Assembly (NCBI GenBank): GCA_963815195.1
Contig: CAWFGE010000015.1
Coordinates: 544,001 to 608,000 of the forward strand
Direction of reading: 5' to 3'
Length of the DNA stretch: 64,000 nucleotides
Origin: an uncultured Planctomycetaceae bacterium
GTDB taxonomy: Bacteria; Planctomycetota; Planctomycetia; Planctomycetales; Planctomycetaceae
Below the pieces are notes generated by a model that searched no databases, had not been told where the DNA came from, and was given only the letters and a program-made list of their open reading frames with translations. The position numbers and the translations under genes were made by a program. The number at the start of each line of letters is the position of its first letter. Position 1 is the stretch's first letter. Of this stretch, positions 20,276 through 31,203 are shown piece by piece.

Positions 20276-21929
20276 ATGGCGACCGCATCCGAGTTTCCAG
20301 CCGGCGCGGATCTTGTTCCCATTCGGCGGTTTTTAAGGCAGTGCAAGCGGAATTGGTCCCGGACGAAAATCTCCGACTCCACGGGCCTCGAACTGACGGG
20401 CCGGCGGTTGCTGATCGCGTCGCTCGCCATGCGGAACGCCTTGGCCCGTGAAGTCGTCGCGGCCGATGAGCCGCATGTGGGGATTCTGCTGCCTCCTTCC
20501 GCGGGCGGGGTGCTGGCCAATACGAGCCTTTCACTTTTGCGACGCGTGGCCGTCAATTTGAATTACACGCTCTCCAATGCCGACTTGAACGCCTGCATTC
20601 GCCAAGCGGGAATCAGGCACGTTTTGACCAGCGGGCGGCTGATGTCCAAGATGGGCTTCACTCTGGAAGCCGAGGCCGTCTATTTGGAAGACTTGAAAAC
20701 CCGCGTCACCCGGCTCGACAAACTCCGGGCCGCGGCCGCGGCGATGTGGCCGGTGGGATGGCTCGAACGCCGCTTGGGGCTGACGAACATCCAGCCGGAC
20801 GATTTGATGACGATCATCTTCACGTCCGGTTCGACGGGCGAACCCAAAGGCGTGATGCTCTCGCACAGAAACATCAGCAGCAACACGCTCGCCGTCGATC
20901 AAACGGTGCACCTGCGGGACGAGGATGTGCTGTTGGGCGTCTTGCCGTTCTTTCATTCCTTCGGCTACACCGCGACGATGTGGCTGCCACTCACCTTATC
21001 GCCCCGGAGCGTCTATCACTATAACCCGTTGGACGGCAGGGCGGTGGGGGACCTGGCGGAGAAGCACGCCGTCACGATTTTAATGGCCGCCCCCACGTTT
21101 TTGCGGACCTACCTCAAACGCTGCACGCCGGCGCAGATGCGGGCGCTGAATCTGGTCATCACCGGAGCCGAGAAACTGCCGCCCGACCTCTGCGAAAAGT
21201 TTCGCGAGAAATTCGGCGTGGAGCCGAGTGAAGGCTACGGCACCACGGAACTTTCGCCGGTCGTTTCGGTCAACGTGCCCTCCGACCGCTTGGGACGGAA
21301 CTCGCCCTTGGGCGCGAAAGTCGGCAGCGTGGGCCGGCCGCTGCCCGGCGTTTCCGCGAAGGTGGTCGATCCCGAAACCGGCGACGACCTCGGCCGGAAC
21401 CGCGAGGGGTTGCTCCTTGTTTCCGGGCCGAACGTCATGTGCGGCTATTACCGGCTGCCCCGGAAAACCGCCAAGGTCCTCAAAGGCGGCTGGTACAACA
21501 CCGGCGATTTCGCGCATCGACGACGAGGGTTTCATCCACATCACCGGCCGGCAAAGCCGATTCTCCAAGCTCGGGGGTGAAATGGTCCCGCACATCAAAA
21601 TCGAAGAAACCCTCGCGGCTCTGTTAGGCGATTCCGAGGAAACCGAAGACGGCCGGCCGGAAATCCGCATCGCCGTCACCGCGGTCGCCGATCCCAAAAA
21701 AGGCGAGCGGATCGTCGTCGTCCACAAAAAGCTCCCGCTGCCCGTGGAGCAACTGCTCCACAAGCTCGCTGAAGCCGGCCTCCCCAACCTGTGGATTCCC
21801 GACGTGAAGAGTTTTCTGGAAGTCGAAGACATCCCGATCCTCGGCACCGGCAAGCTCGACCTCAAAGCCCTCAAACAGCTCGCCGAGTCCCACTTTGCGC
21901 CGAAGAAAAGCATTGCCCGCAGCGCTTGA
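20276..21929 (+). CDS. AMP-binding acyl-ACP synthetase (Aas C-terminal-like), frameshift near 21512
   Basis: FTSGSTGEPKG, EGYGTTE, WYNTGD, ITGRQSRFSKLGGEMVP, GTGKLD. Confidence 0.9.
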
Positions 21930-21946
21930 TGAGCGGTGAGAGGCCC

Positions 21947-22370
21947 CCTCGTTCCCAAGCTCCAGCTTGGGAACGCACTCTCGCGAAGCTCCGCTTCGCA
22001 ACGCGTCGATTGTACAATCAACGTCAGTTCCCTGGGGAGACAAACCAATGGCGCGAACACGATACCGAATCTTCGAAAACGAACAGGAGTATCCCTATTT
22101 CATGACCTGCACGGTCGTGGGCTGGCTGCCGGTGTTCACCCGGCCGGCGACCGTTCAGTTTGTACTTGACTCCTGGAAGCACTTGCAGGAACACCAGCAA
22201 TTTCAGTTGCTGGGTACTGTGATCCTCGAAAACCACCTGCACCTCAAGCGCCCGCAATTACGCCGGACGGCCGGGATTAATCGATGTCATCACTGACTGG
22301 ATGCGACCGGCGCGTTGCCAAGCAGAGCTTGGCGACAAGTGCGTTCCCAAGCTGGAGCTTGGGAACGAGG
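21947..22370 (+). mobile_element. REP-flanked RAYT remnant (REPtron-like)
   Basis: ~59 bp imperfect inverted repeats, 21947-22005 and 22311-22370, each with a CGTTCCCAAGC...GCTTGGGAACG hairpin, enclosing a Y1 transposase fragment. Confidence 0.85.
22048..22296 (+). pseudogene. Truncated REP-associated tyrosine transposase (HUH Y1)
   Basis: YFMTCTVVGWLPVF...VILENHLHL (HUH motif), then homology ends; catalytic Tyr region missing. Confidence 0.85.
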
Positions 22371-22572
22371 TCGAGGGACGCGTATCACCATTGGTAATTG
22401 GTCATTCATTGGGATTTTATCGTCCGACCGTCAGGACCCGCACAATCGCGAACCGCTCCCAGCTTCTCCCAGATTTTCTGCGTTTCGTGAGGCCATGATG
22501 CCTCCCGGCAACGGTTTGTGTTCTAAAACTTCAACAGTTGTTAGAACTCACCATTCCAGGAAGGGAGACTTC

Positions 22573-25358
22573 ATGTTTACGCGCCTGCCCCTCAGATTCG
22601 CGAAGACGACCTGCATATTGGCCGCCCTATTGGCGACCGGGATGTTCTCGGTCCCGGCGATGGCCGGCTGGGGTTGTCTGAAATTGCCTTGCCGTTCGCT
22701 GTGCGGTCCCTGTGAAGAGACGTTCTGCCCCGCGTGCCCGTGGAGTCCCGAATGCGGCTCCGCGATGGCCTGGCAAACGCAAAAGCGGACCGTCACCAAG
22801 TATCGCGAGAAAACCAGCGAACGCACCGTGACCCGGTACTATGTCACGCCCGAAACCAAGGAAGTGCATTATACCTATCAGGTGTCGATCCCCAAGACGG
22901 AGATGAAGACCGAAACCTATCAGGAAACCATCCCCTATATTAAACCCGTCAAACAGGTTTACACCGTGATGGTGCCGGAAGTCCACGAGCGAAAGGTCGC
23001 CCGGTACACCGCGGTGCCCGTGGTGCGTCCCTGCGTTCAAAACTATACCGTGATGGTTCCCGAACAGCATACCCGCACGGTGAACTATAAAGTGGCGATT
23101 CCCGTCGTCCGGCAAGTGCCGCAACAGTACACGGTGCAGATTCCCGAGGGCCGCACCCGCACCGAGACCTATACAGTCCAAGTGCCGGTCCCGCACCAGG
23201 TGGCGCAGCACTATACGGTGCAGATTCCCGAATACCGCACCCGCACGGTGCACTATACAGTGAACCAGCCGGTCGTGCGTCCTGTGACGCAAAAGTACGT
23301 GGCGCAGGTTCCGGAATGCCGCATCCGCACCGAACATTACACGGTGCAGGTTCCGGAAGTCAAAACCCAAACCGTGAACTACACCGAAATGGTGCCTTTT
23401 ATCGAAACGATGCAGGGCAATGCCCGGTGTGCAAGCTGGTGCCGGTGAAGGTCACGCGCGAAGTCATGGAAGACCGGGGCTATTGGAAATTTGTTTCCTG
23501 CGGCGATCAGAAAGAATCCGAAGAAAACAAAGGCGAAGAAGCCGCCGACGATGCAAAAACCGCGTCGAATCAAGATATTCAGCCGATCAACCATGAGGTG
23601 ATGGCGTCGAATGTGGGATATGCCTATGGAGCCGGCTATGGTTCCTATAACGGCGGGTTCGCGGGATATCCTATCAATCCCGGCTACAGTAACGCCTATG
23701 CCGGAGGAACAGGCTATGGTCCGGCTGGCGCCTACTATGTGCCGCCCGGATTGCCTTACGGAGCACCGCTCCCGCCCGGCTTTGAATATCCCACCACCGA
23801 GACATCGCGGCACGTTCTAAAGACCTTGAGGCACATCAAGTCCCATCTGCCCGTGTTGCACTACTTGAGCTACTTGAAGCCGGCGGTTAAAGAATGCGGA
23901 ATCTTCGCGCATGACTCCTGGACAGCCTGCGGCGGCGTGCTGTTCGGTGCCGGCGGCTGTCTGGGGCATCACCCGGATTTCGGTTGTCACGATTGTTACC
24001 ATCGGTTTTATCGCCGGTTCCTCGGTCCGGACTATGAACCCTGGCCCTATTGCTACCCGGCCTGTAATAATGGTTATGGCTATGGTTATGGGTATGGCGC
24101 GGGCTGCTATGACGCATGCGACACCGGTTGCTATACCCCAGGCCATTTCGGTTGCCTGGGCCGCTTGGGATTCGGTTGCCTGAGCCATCTCGGATTTGGT
24201 TGCATCGGCCGTTTCGGAAGCTGTTTGAACTCTTGCGGCCCGGATTGCTATGACTCTTGCGACACCGGGTGCTATGACCAATGCGACACGGGATGTTATA
24301 ACCCATGCGATACCGGCTGCTTCGGCCATCGCGGATTGGGTTGCCTCAGCCGCTTGGGTTTGGGTTGCTTCAATCGCTGCAGTTTGGGTTGCTTTAACCC
24401 ATGCACCAGTTACGGCTCTCCCTGCAACATCGGCTATGCCCCGCAATATGCAACGAGCTATCCCACGGCGGCGGTCAACGACTGCCCGTCCGGTTGCAAC
24501 CGCGTCTGGGTGTCTAACATCGTCAAACGCCAAGTCACCGAGACGATCATGAAGCCGGTGACCAGCGAGGAAAGTTATACTTACGAAGTGGTCCGCTATC
24601 GTCCGGAAGAAAAGACCCGCACGGTCTGTACCATGCACTACCGTCCGGAAGTCCGCACGCGGCAAGTGCCCTATACGGTTATACGGCCGGAAGTCCGCAC
24701 TTGCACGCGGCTGGTGACGCAAAATGTGCCCCGCGTTTGCACTCGGCAGGTGGGCTATACGGTGCCGCGTCCGGAAGTTCGCACCCGGATGGTGACCTGC
24801 GTCAATTTGGTTCCGCAAGTCCGCACTCGCACCGTGCCCTATACGGTCATGCGATCGGAAACTCGGACCCGCATGGTCAACGTGACAAGCTGCACGTATC
24901 AAACTCGGACCTGTCAGGTTCCCTATACAGTCCTGCGGCCGGAAACCCGGCAGCGGACGGCGTATGTCACAGAATATGTCAAGAAGCCGCACATCGTGAC
25001 GGTGCCCTATGTGGTCCAGCGTCCGGAACAGCAGAGCCAAACGGTGTACCAGACGCTGTATCGCTCGGTGGAGCGGACCCGCCAGGTCCCGCACACGAGC
25101 TATGATACGATCACCAAGAAAGGCGTCCGCTGTGAAACGGTTTATAAGAAGGTGCCTTATCAAAGCAAGGAGACCGTCACGGAACTCGTGCCTTACAAAG
25201 TGGAAGAGGAAGTCAAGGTCCCGTCGCTCCCGATGGAATCGTGCGACCTCGGCCTCTCCGAAATCTGCCCGTGTGAACCGTGCATGATGGGGCCGTGCGA
25301 ACCGTGCCCGTGTCCCTGCTTCTTCGCGGAATGCCTTTTGAGAAAGATTTTCCACTAA
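22573..25358 (+). CDS. Secreted Cys/Pro/Tyr-rich YTV-repeat protein, frameshift near 23425
   Basis: Signal peptide, two arms of 14-aa YTVxxP repeats, central Gly/Cys-rich 8-aa repeats. Confidence 0.85.
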
Positions 25359-25381
25359 GCAAGGATGCAAGCACCACCCCG

Positions 25382-25420
25382 ACGCCCGAAAGCCGCGCTC
25401 GCGACTTTTGGGCGTTTTTT
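25382..25420 (+). terminator. Intrinsic terminator
   Basis: acgcccgaaagccgcg/gcgacttttgggcgt stem followed by a T run, 23 bp after the stop. Confidence 0.65.
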
Positions 25421-25427
25421 GTATTCA

Positions 25428-25566
25428 GGCGAGCGGCCGGCGTCAGCCGGCTGGTGGCTCACGAAGATTTGAAGCGGCCCGCTCCCTTTCCGATCCGCAA
25501 ACGTTTGAAGTATCACATCGTTTGGAGCGGTTCACAAAACCAGCCGGCTGCCACCGGCCGCTCGCC
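25428..25566. repeat. REP-like doublet, GGCGAGCG family
   Basis: ggcgagcggccggcgtcagccggctggt ... accagccggctgccaccggccgctcgcc; relatives at 27012-27103, 41753-41779, 44061-44086, ~56625-56648. Confidence 0.8.
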
Positions 25567-25664
25567 AAGTCGCTTGGTCATTGGGATTTTTTCGTTGGAC
25601 GTGTTAGTTTGAGAACAGGGCAGGGGAGCCGATCTTCCCATCACCATTTGAGAGGAACACCATC

Positions 25665-27011
25665 ATGGGCTTGAAAGCGGGCGTGGCTCGTGCGCGGCTC
25701 ACGCCGTTCTGGGGCGTGGAACTGACGGGTTGGGGATATTTTCTCAATCGCACCTGGGAATCGGTGCACGATGATTTGCAGGCGACCGCCTTGGTGTTGG
25801 AACAGCGCGACACAACGCTCGCAGTCGTGTCGCTGGACTTGATGGTGATTAGCGCCGGCTTCACTCGGCAGGTGCGGGAACTGGTTGAAGCCGAGACCGG
25901 CATTCCGCCCGCCGGGGTGATGATCGCCTGCACGCACACCCACAACGCTCCGGCATCGGGCGGACTGCTCGGCGTGGGCGAGGTCGATCCGTTTTATGAA
26001 GCATGGGCGGCCCGGCAGGCGGCGTCGGCGATTGTTCTCGCCTGGCGAAATCGCGAACCCGCCGACCTCGCCGTCGCCAGCGCGAACCTGCCGAAGCTCA
26101 CGTTCAACCGCACCCGCGAGAACGGCCCGGTCGACCCCCGCTTGACGACGCTGCGGGTCAACCGCACCAACGGCTCGCCTTTGGCGATGGCCGTGAATTT
26201 TCAGGCCCATCCCACGGTGCAGACCAAACTCCGCCCGCGAGCCGTCTCCCGCGATGTGCCCGGCGAGGTTTGCGATCTGATCGAACGGGCGATGCCGGGA
26301 GCGATGGCGATATATTTGCAAGGATCTTGCGGGGACGTGAATTTTTTGAGGCGGTTTTCCACGACGCCCGAACTCTCCCGCGAGCCGGCCCGGATGGTGG
26401 CGGGGGCGGCGTTGGCTTCTCAGGCGGATGCGGTGCGGATTGACGATCCCGCACTCTCGGCGGTGAGCGAGCAGGTCACGCTTCCCACCCGGCGGTGGAC
26501 CCGCGACGAGATCGACCACGACCGTGACGAGGCCCAGCGCCGTCTGAAAGAGCAGGACCTTAAAGGCTGGAAGGAAACTATCGGCCGCGTGATGACCAAC
26601 CGGCCCGAGGACATGGTCGCCCGGCACGGCGGCGACGAATGGAAAGCCGTCGAAGCCATGTGCCGGTTCAATCTGGCGTGGACCTACGAGATGCTGAAGG
26701 ACTGGGAGACCCGCCCGGAAACCCTCGGGACCGAGGTGCAGGCCTTTCGCATCGGGGAACTCGGCCTCGTGGCGAACTCGTCGGAGTTCTTCAGCAGCCT
26801 GGCCCTCGACGTCCGCAACCTTTCGGGACTGGACCAGCTGATGATTTCCTGCTACACCAATGGAAGGATCGGTTATCTCCCCGATGCCCACGACATCGCC
26901 CGGCAGACGTATGCCGCGTATCAATCCCCCAAGTATTGCAACCAATTCCCGTTCACCAACGAATCCGGCCCCGCGATGTGCGAGGCGATGCTCCGCCTGC
27001 TTCGCCGCTAA
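25665..27011 (+). CDS. Neutral/alkaline ceramidase-like hydrolase
   Basis: VHDDLQATALVL, CTHTHNAP, NFQAHPT, LQGSCGDVN, GYLP motifs. Confidence 0.85.
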   Translation: MGLKAGVARARLTPFWGVELTGWGYFLNRTWESVHDDLQATALVLEQRDTTLAVVSLDLMVISAGFTRQVRELVEAETGIPPAGVMIACTHTHNAPASGGLLGVGEVDPFYEAWAARQAASAIVLAWRNREPADLAVASANLPKLTFNRTRENGPVDPRLTTLRVNRTNGSPLAMAVNFQAHPTVQTKLRPRAVSRDVPGEVCDLIERAMPGAMAIYLQGSCGDVNFLRRFSTTPELSREPARMVAGAALASQADAVRIDDPALSAVSEQVTLPTRRWTRDEIDHDRDEAQRRLKEQDLKGWKETIGRVMTNRPEDMVARHGGDEWKAVEAMCRFNLAWTYEMLKDWETRPETLGTEVQAFRIGELGLVANSSEFFSSLALDVRNLSGLDQLMISCYTNGRIGYLPDAHDIARQTYAAYQSPKYCNQFPFTNESGPAMCEAMLRLLRR

Positions 27012-27103
27012 GCGAGCGTGGGACGTCAGTCCCATGATCTCTCGGATTCGTGGCGTAACTTTTCATTCGTAGAAAATCATCCAGCTTACGCTGGACGCTC
27101 GCC
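27012..27103. repeat. REP-like doublet, GGCGAGCG family
   Basis: gcgagcgtgggacgtcagtcccatga ... ccagcttacgctggacgctcgcc. Confidence 0.7.
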
Positions 27104-27115
27104 TTGGATCTCCTT

Positions 27116-27694
27116 ATGAATCGAATTTTTTTGTCGCTCGCCGTGGTCAGTTCGCTGTTGTTGATGGCCGCGATGGGTTTTGGATTAGCAATTGAAGATG
27201 CCGCTTCGCGGGATGTCGCGGAGCAAGCCGTCGTGACGCGGCATTTGCTGTTCGCCTTCGGCGGGTTAGTCGTCGCGCTGATGGTGCACGGGTTGGTGCT
27301 GACGTATTTCATGGGCACGGGGCGGTGGATTGAGGAAACCTCCACGACTTATCTTCTCGATGACAAATGGCGGCGGGAGAATCACTCGCTCAAATACCGC
27401 ACGCTGCCTCTGATGGTGGGCAGTGTGTTTTTGCTGATCACGGCTGGGGCGTTCGGAGCCGCGGCGGATCCGGCTTCTCCGGTCGGTTTCCAAGGTTGGC
27501 TGGGACTTTCGCCGGCGACTTGGCATTTCCTGGTCGCCACGTTGGCTTTGAGCGTGCACGTGATCGCGACCTTCATGGAGTATTTCGCCCTCAGCCGAAA
27601 TGGCGAGTTGATCCAGGAAGTCATGCAGGAAGTCCGCCGCATCCGCCAAGAGCACGGTTTGATGAACACCCCCGAACCCACCGCCGTGGGCTGA
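27116..27694 (+). CDS. Hypothetical 4-TM membrane protein
   Basis: Four hydrophobic helices with His residues; TYFMGTGRW motif. Confidence 0.75.
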   Translation: MNRIFLSLAVVSSLLLMAAMGFGLAIEDAASRDVAEQAVVTRHLLFAFGGLVVALMVHGLVLTYFMGTGRWIEETSTTYLLDDKWRRENHSLKYRTLPLMVGSVFLLITAGAFGAAADPASPVGFQGWLGLSPATWHFLVATLALSVHVIATFMEYFALSRNGELIQEVMQEVRRIRQEHGLMNTPEPTAVG

Positions 27695-27745
27695 TCAGCC
27701 GGAATGCGTTGTCGCCATGAACCGGGGCTAGCGCCCGGCGGCTAA

Positions 27746-29008
27746 TTATTCCGGGGCGGCGAACAGGCGGTTTTCGCGGAGACAGTCGCATAGCTCGCGA
27801 TAGACGGCGTGCAGTTTCGCGGGGCTGAAGTCGCCATTCACTGCGTTCAAAATCCGCGCGGCGAGCGTGCCTTTTGAGATGATGAGATTGAGCGCCTCGC
27901 CGAACTCGTCGCGGAAGGCCGATGATTGCTCGCAGGCGGCATGCAGCAGATGCCGCCACAGGTGCCGGAGCGTGCAAGGGCCGGTTTCTTCGAGTCCGAA
28001 TTGGGTCAGGTAATCGGGATCGCTCACCGAGGCCCGCTGCCCGTCGCGGATGGCCGCGAGGAACAGGGATTCCAACGGGTCCACCTCCCAGGCTTGTTGC
28101 GACTCCCGGGACGCCCAGTGTTCTTCGGTCAGCATTTTGAGGACCTCCACCACCAACGCACAAATCGCCACGTCCGCTTTGGGGCATTCCTGCACGTCCA
28201 ACATGCGAATCTCGATCGCGTTTCGCTCGAAGCGGGCGATGGCGCCGCGCGAGTTGAGGAACTCATGCTGCAACAGGCCCTCGGGATCCGTGGGGGCGAT
28301 GTCTTTATACATCGGCTGGAAGATTTTTTCGTCATAGTCGGCGTGCGTGTAAACGGGTTCGGGAATCACGCGGCCGATGATCGAAGGGATCCGCTTGGCA
28401 TTGGTGCGGTAGACTTCGAGCCGGGTGTCGAGCCAATCCGTTTTTTTGCCCTCGACAATCGGAGAACTCGCAGCGAGGGCGGGCAGGATCGGCAAGAGCA
28501 AGCGGATCGCCGCGTGCAATCGGCCGAACTCGGCATCATCCGCGAAGGGCAGGTTCAAATGCACGCTCTGCAAGTTCGCCCAGCCGTGGCCGTGGCAATC
28601 GAAAATCCGGTCGTACGTCGAATAAATCGAACTGTATTCGTGAGGCCAAAGTTGGAACTCTGTGTGCGGATCCATCCAGGGATGCATGCCGGTGGGCATC
28701 AGCCGGGCGCGTTCTGGTTCCAACCGGGCCTCGATTTTTTGGACGTGCTCGTGGAACTCGTCGGCGAGGCCGGAAAAGCCTGGAGCAGGGCCGTTGGTTT
28801 TGAGTTCGATGACATGGAGCGCCAGCTCGTTCGACCAGGCGATGCGGTCGAACTCCACGTCCGACACCACTTCGCCCGCGTCGTCCTGGAGCACGGCATC
28901 CGCGATCGCGCGAATATCCAGCGACTCGCGGTCCACGATCATATATTCGAGTTCGACGCCGAAGCCGTCAAACAGGTGCAGCGGCGACTTGGCATGAGGA
29001 GCGTTCAC
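27746..29008 (-). CDS. Glutamate--cysteine ligase family (GCS2) carboxylate-amine ligase
   Basis: FGVELEYMIVD, ELALHVIELKT, MHPWMDP, QSVHLN, IEIRMLD. Confidence 0.9.
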   Translation of the reverse strand: MNAPHAKSPLHLFDGFGVELEYMIVDRESLDIRAIADAVLQDDAGEVVSDVEFDRIAWSNELALHVIELKTNGPAPGFSGLADEFHEHVQKIEARLEPERARLMPTGMHPWMDPHTEFQLWPHEYSSIYSTYDRIFDCHGHGWANLQSVHLNLPFADDAEFGRLHAAIRLLLPILPALAASSPIVEGKKTDWLDTRLEVYRTNAKRIPSIIGRVIPEPVYTHADYDEKIFQPMYKDIAPTDPEGLLQHEFLNSRGAIARFERNAIEIRMLDVQECPKADVAICALVVEVLKMLTEEHWASRESQQAWEVDPLESLFLAAIRDGQRASVSDPDYLTQFGLEETGPCTLRHLWRHLLHAACEQSSAFRDEFGEALNLIISKGTLAARILNAVNGDFSPAKLHAVYRELCDCLRENRLFAAPE

Positions 29009-30465
29009 AGGCCGGCTTTCTTCCGTTCCACGCGGTCCAAAAACACCCGCATAATGCGGTCGTAAAGGTCTTCGTGGAGGATCGCATCTTCCACGCCCGA
29101 ATCCAGGTTCGGGTTGTCGTTGACTTCGATGATGTAAAAGTCATTCCCGGTCTGCTTCACATCGACCCCATAAAGCCCGTTGCCGATGAGATTGGCGGCT
29201 TTCTTGGCGAGGCTCACGGCTTTTCGCGGGGCGGTCTCGACGGGCATGGTTTCGGACTTGCCATAGTGGTCGTTGCCGGACTCGTCGCGGCGGACGATCT
29301 GCCAGTGCTTGCGGGCCATGTGATACTTGCACGCGTAAAACGGCTTTTGATCCAAAATGCCGATCCGCCAGTCGAAGTTGCTGGAGATGAATTCCTGGGC
29401 CACGACCAGATCGGATTGGCTGAGGAAATGGTCGAGCTGCGTGTCCAGTTCTTCTTCGTTGTCGGCCTTCACCACGCCCAGCGAAAACGCGCTGTCCGGC
29501 TGCTTGAGCACGCAGGGATACCCCAGATGCTCCGCCACCGCCTCGCGGTTCTCGCGGTTGACGACCAGCGTCCTCGGCGTGGGCAGTTTGTGGCGGGTCA
29601 AGAGTTCCGCGAGATAGACCTTGTTGGTGCACCGCACGATCGATTGCGGATCGTCGATCACCACCAGACCTTCCTGGGCGGCCCGGCGGGCGAAGCGGTA
29701 GGTGTGATGGTTGACGTGCGTGGTTTCGCGGATGAAGAGGGCATCGAACTCGGCCAGCCGGGCATAGTCGTCTCGCTCGATGAACTCCACGCTGAAGCCG
29801 GCCCGCTCTCCCGCTTTGGCGAAGCGTTTGAGGGCCACCTCATCGGAGGGCGGATGGGCTTCCTGGGCATCGTGAAGGATCGCGAGGTCGAAGCGGGTCG
29901 TCTTCTTGCGGACCGTCACCCGCCGGCCCGAGAAATGATCGTGGGCCGACTGGAGCAAAAACGGCCGGTGCGATTCGGGGACTTCATCGGTGGCGATCGC
30001 CCGCACGTTCCCCAACTGCCAGCCTTCGCTGTCTTTGAAGAACTGGGCCCGGAGCAGCGGCGCTTGGAACAGGTTGAACAGGTGCATGCTCAGGCGGTCG
30101 TAGCGTTTGGCGGTGTTGCGTCCGAAATAGATGCTGAGCGTAAAGTGGTTGGCGTGAATCGGAGTGAGGCTTTTTTCGATCAGGTCTTCAAGCTCGCCGG
30201 AGAGCAGCCGGACCATCGCGGGGGACTGGATGTCTTGCATCGTCGTCACGCTGGGCAGCGGGCGGTGCGCGCGGGCCTCGGCCAACAGCGACACGTAATA
30301 GCCCGCGGTTTGGTAGCGATAGGACCGGCAGAGATTGAAGATCTTCACGCCCCTGAGCGTGCTGTATTGGCCGCCGGTGAGATACGTCCACGCATCCACC
30401 ACGGTCACGCCGGGCATTTCAAACGGCCATAAGCTCGGCTCGTCTGTCACGATGACAATTTGCAA
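29005..30465 (-). CDS. RimK-family ATP-grasp ligase with RLAN N-terminal domain
   Basis: NLCRSYRYQTAGYYVSLLAEAR, ALFIRETT, CTNKVYL, YGVDVKQ, IEVNDNPN. Confidence 0.92.
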   Translation of the reverse strand: MQIVIVTDEPSLWPFEMPGVTVVDAWTYLTGGQYSTLRGVKIFNLCRSYRYQTAGYYVSLLAEARAHRPLPSVTTMQDIQSPAMVRLLSGELEDLIEKSLTPIHANHFTLSIYFGRNTAKRYDRLSMHLFNLFQAPLLRAQFFKDSEGWQLGNVRAIATDEVPESHRPFLLQSAHDHFSGRRVTVRKKTTRFDLAILHDAQEAHPPSDEVALKRFAKAGERAGFSVEFIERDDYARLAEFDALFIRETTHVNHHTYRFARRAAQEGLVVIDDPQSIVRCTNKVYLAELLTRHKLPTPRTLVVNRENREAVAEHLGYPCVLKQPDSAFSLGVVKADNEEELDTQLDHFLSQSDLVVAQEFISSNFDWRIGILDQKPFYACKYHMARKHWQIVRRDESGNDHYGKSETMPVETAPRKAVSLAKKAANLIGNGLYGVDVKQTGNDFYIIEVNDNPNLDSGVEDAILHEDLYDRIMRVFLDRVERKKAGL

Positions 30466-30474
30466 GAGGAGGCC

Positions 30475-31203
30475 TCAATGGCTCTTGGGCTTTTTGGGTT
30501 CGATGATTAACATGTTCGCATCATAGGTCATCACTCCCAAGAGGATGGCGCATTTGACGCGGTCGATCGAAACGTGGTACCGCTGGCCTTCGGCCATCGG
30601 GTTCGGATGCAGCGGGTCGGCGATGAGCACCTCGCGCTCCTTGCGGTCGTAGCCGCACAGAACCACAAAATGCCCCGTGGGATGGCCGCGAATGTCGTCG
30701 GGGGTATTGTCCGGCAGCTCGCGCGCTTCCTGGTAAAGATAGGTCGCGCTCAATCCGGTGAGAATCGGCACCGAGCGGTTGAGGTATTTGCGGACGAGTT
30801 CGTTCGTGAGATCCTGCATGCGGATCTCGCCGCCGTTGGCGAGGAATTCCAAATAGGACTGGGTGGCGGTTTTGAGCTTGGGCGAATCCTTCACCCGGAT
30901 CTGGTCGCGGAGCTTTTCGCTGAGGCGATTCGCGTCGGGGGCGAACCAGGTCGGATCGAAAACCTGGAGGTCAAAGGTCAACAGCGTCGCCTTGTAGCCC
31001 CGCTTGAGAGCGTGATGCCCGAGCACGACGGCGAGCGTCCCGCCATCGATCAGTTGGGGGATTTCCCCCACCACCTGCGCGAGCGGAAGCACATCGTCGT
31101 AGTAATCATAGACGGCTTGCAAGCAGGTGGGACCGCAGGTTGTCAAATCCGGCTGCGGGAGAATCTGGAGCTTCAGCCGCGGCCCTTCGCGAGTTTCAGA
31201 CAT
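30475..31203 (-). CDS. Papain-like (C39-like) peptidase
   Basis: QPDLTTCGPTCL (Q, C), GHFVVLCGYD (H), IADP (D). Confidence 0.85.
   Translation of the reverse strand: MSETREGPRLKLQILPQPDLTTCGPTCLQAVYDYYDDVLPLAQVVGEIPQLIDGGTLAVVLGHHALKRGYKATLLTFDLQVFDPTWFAPDANRLSEKLRDQIRVKDSPKLKTATQSYLEFLANGGEIRMQDLTNELVRKYLNRSVPILTGLSATYLYQEARELPDNTPDDIRGHPTGHFVVLCGYDRKEREVLIADPLHPNPMAEGQRYHVSIDRVKCAILLGVMTYDANMLIIEPKKPKSH

Noticed and set aside
22573..25358. RiPP/bacteriocin precursor reading of the Cys-rich protein
   Set aside because: About 930 aa with a Sec-type signal and no modifying enzymes nearby; fits a YTV envelope protein better.
23817..25370. 517 aa minus-strand ORF (similar cases at 32383-34032, 34029-35474, 59971-61518, 62133-63995)
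   Set aside because: Antisense shadows of well-supported genes, expected in high-GC DNA.
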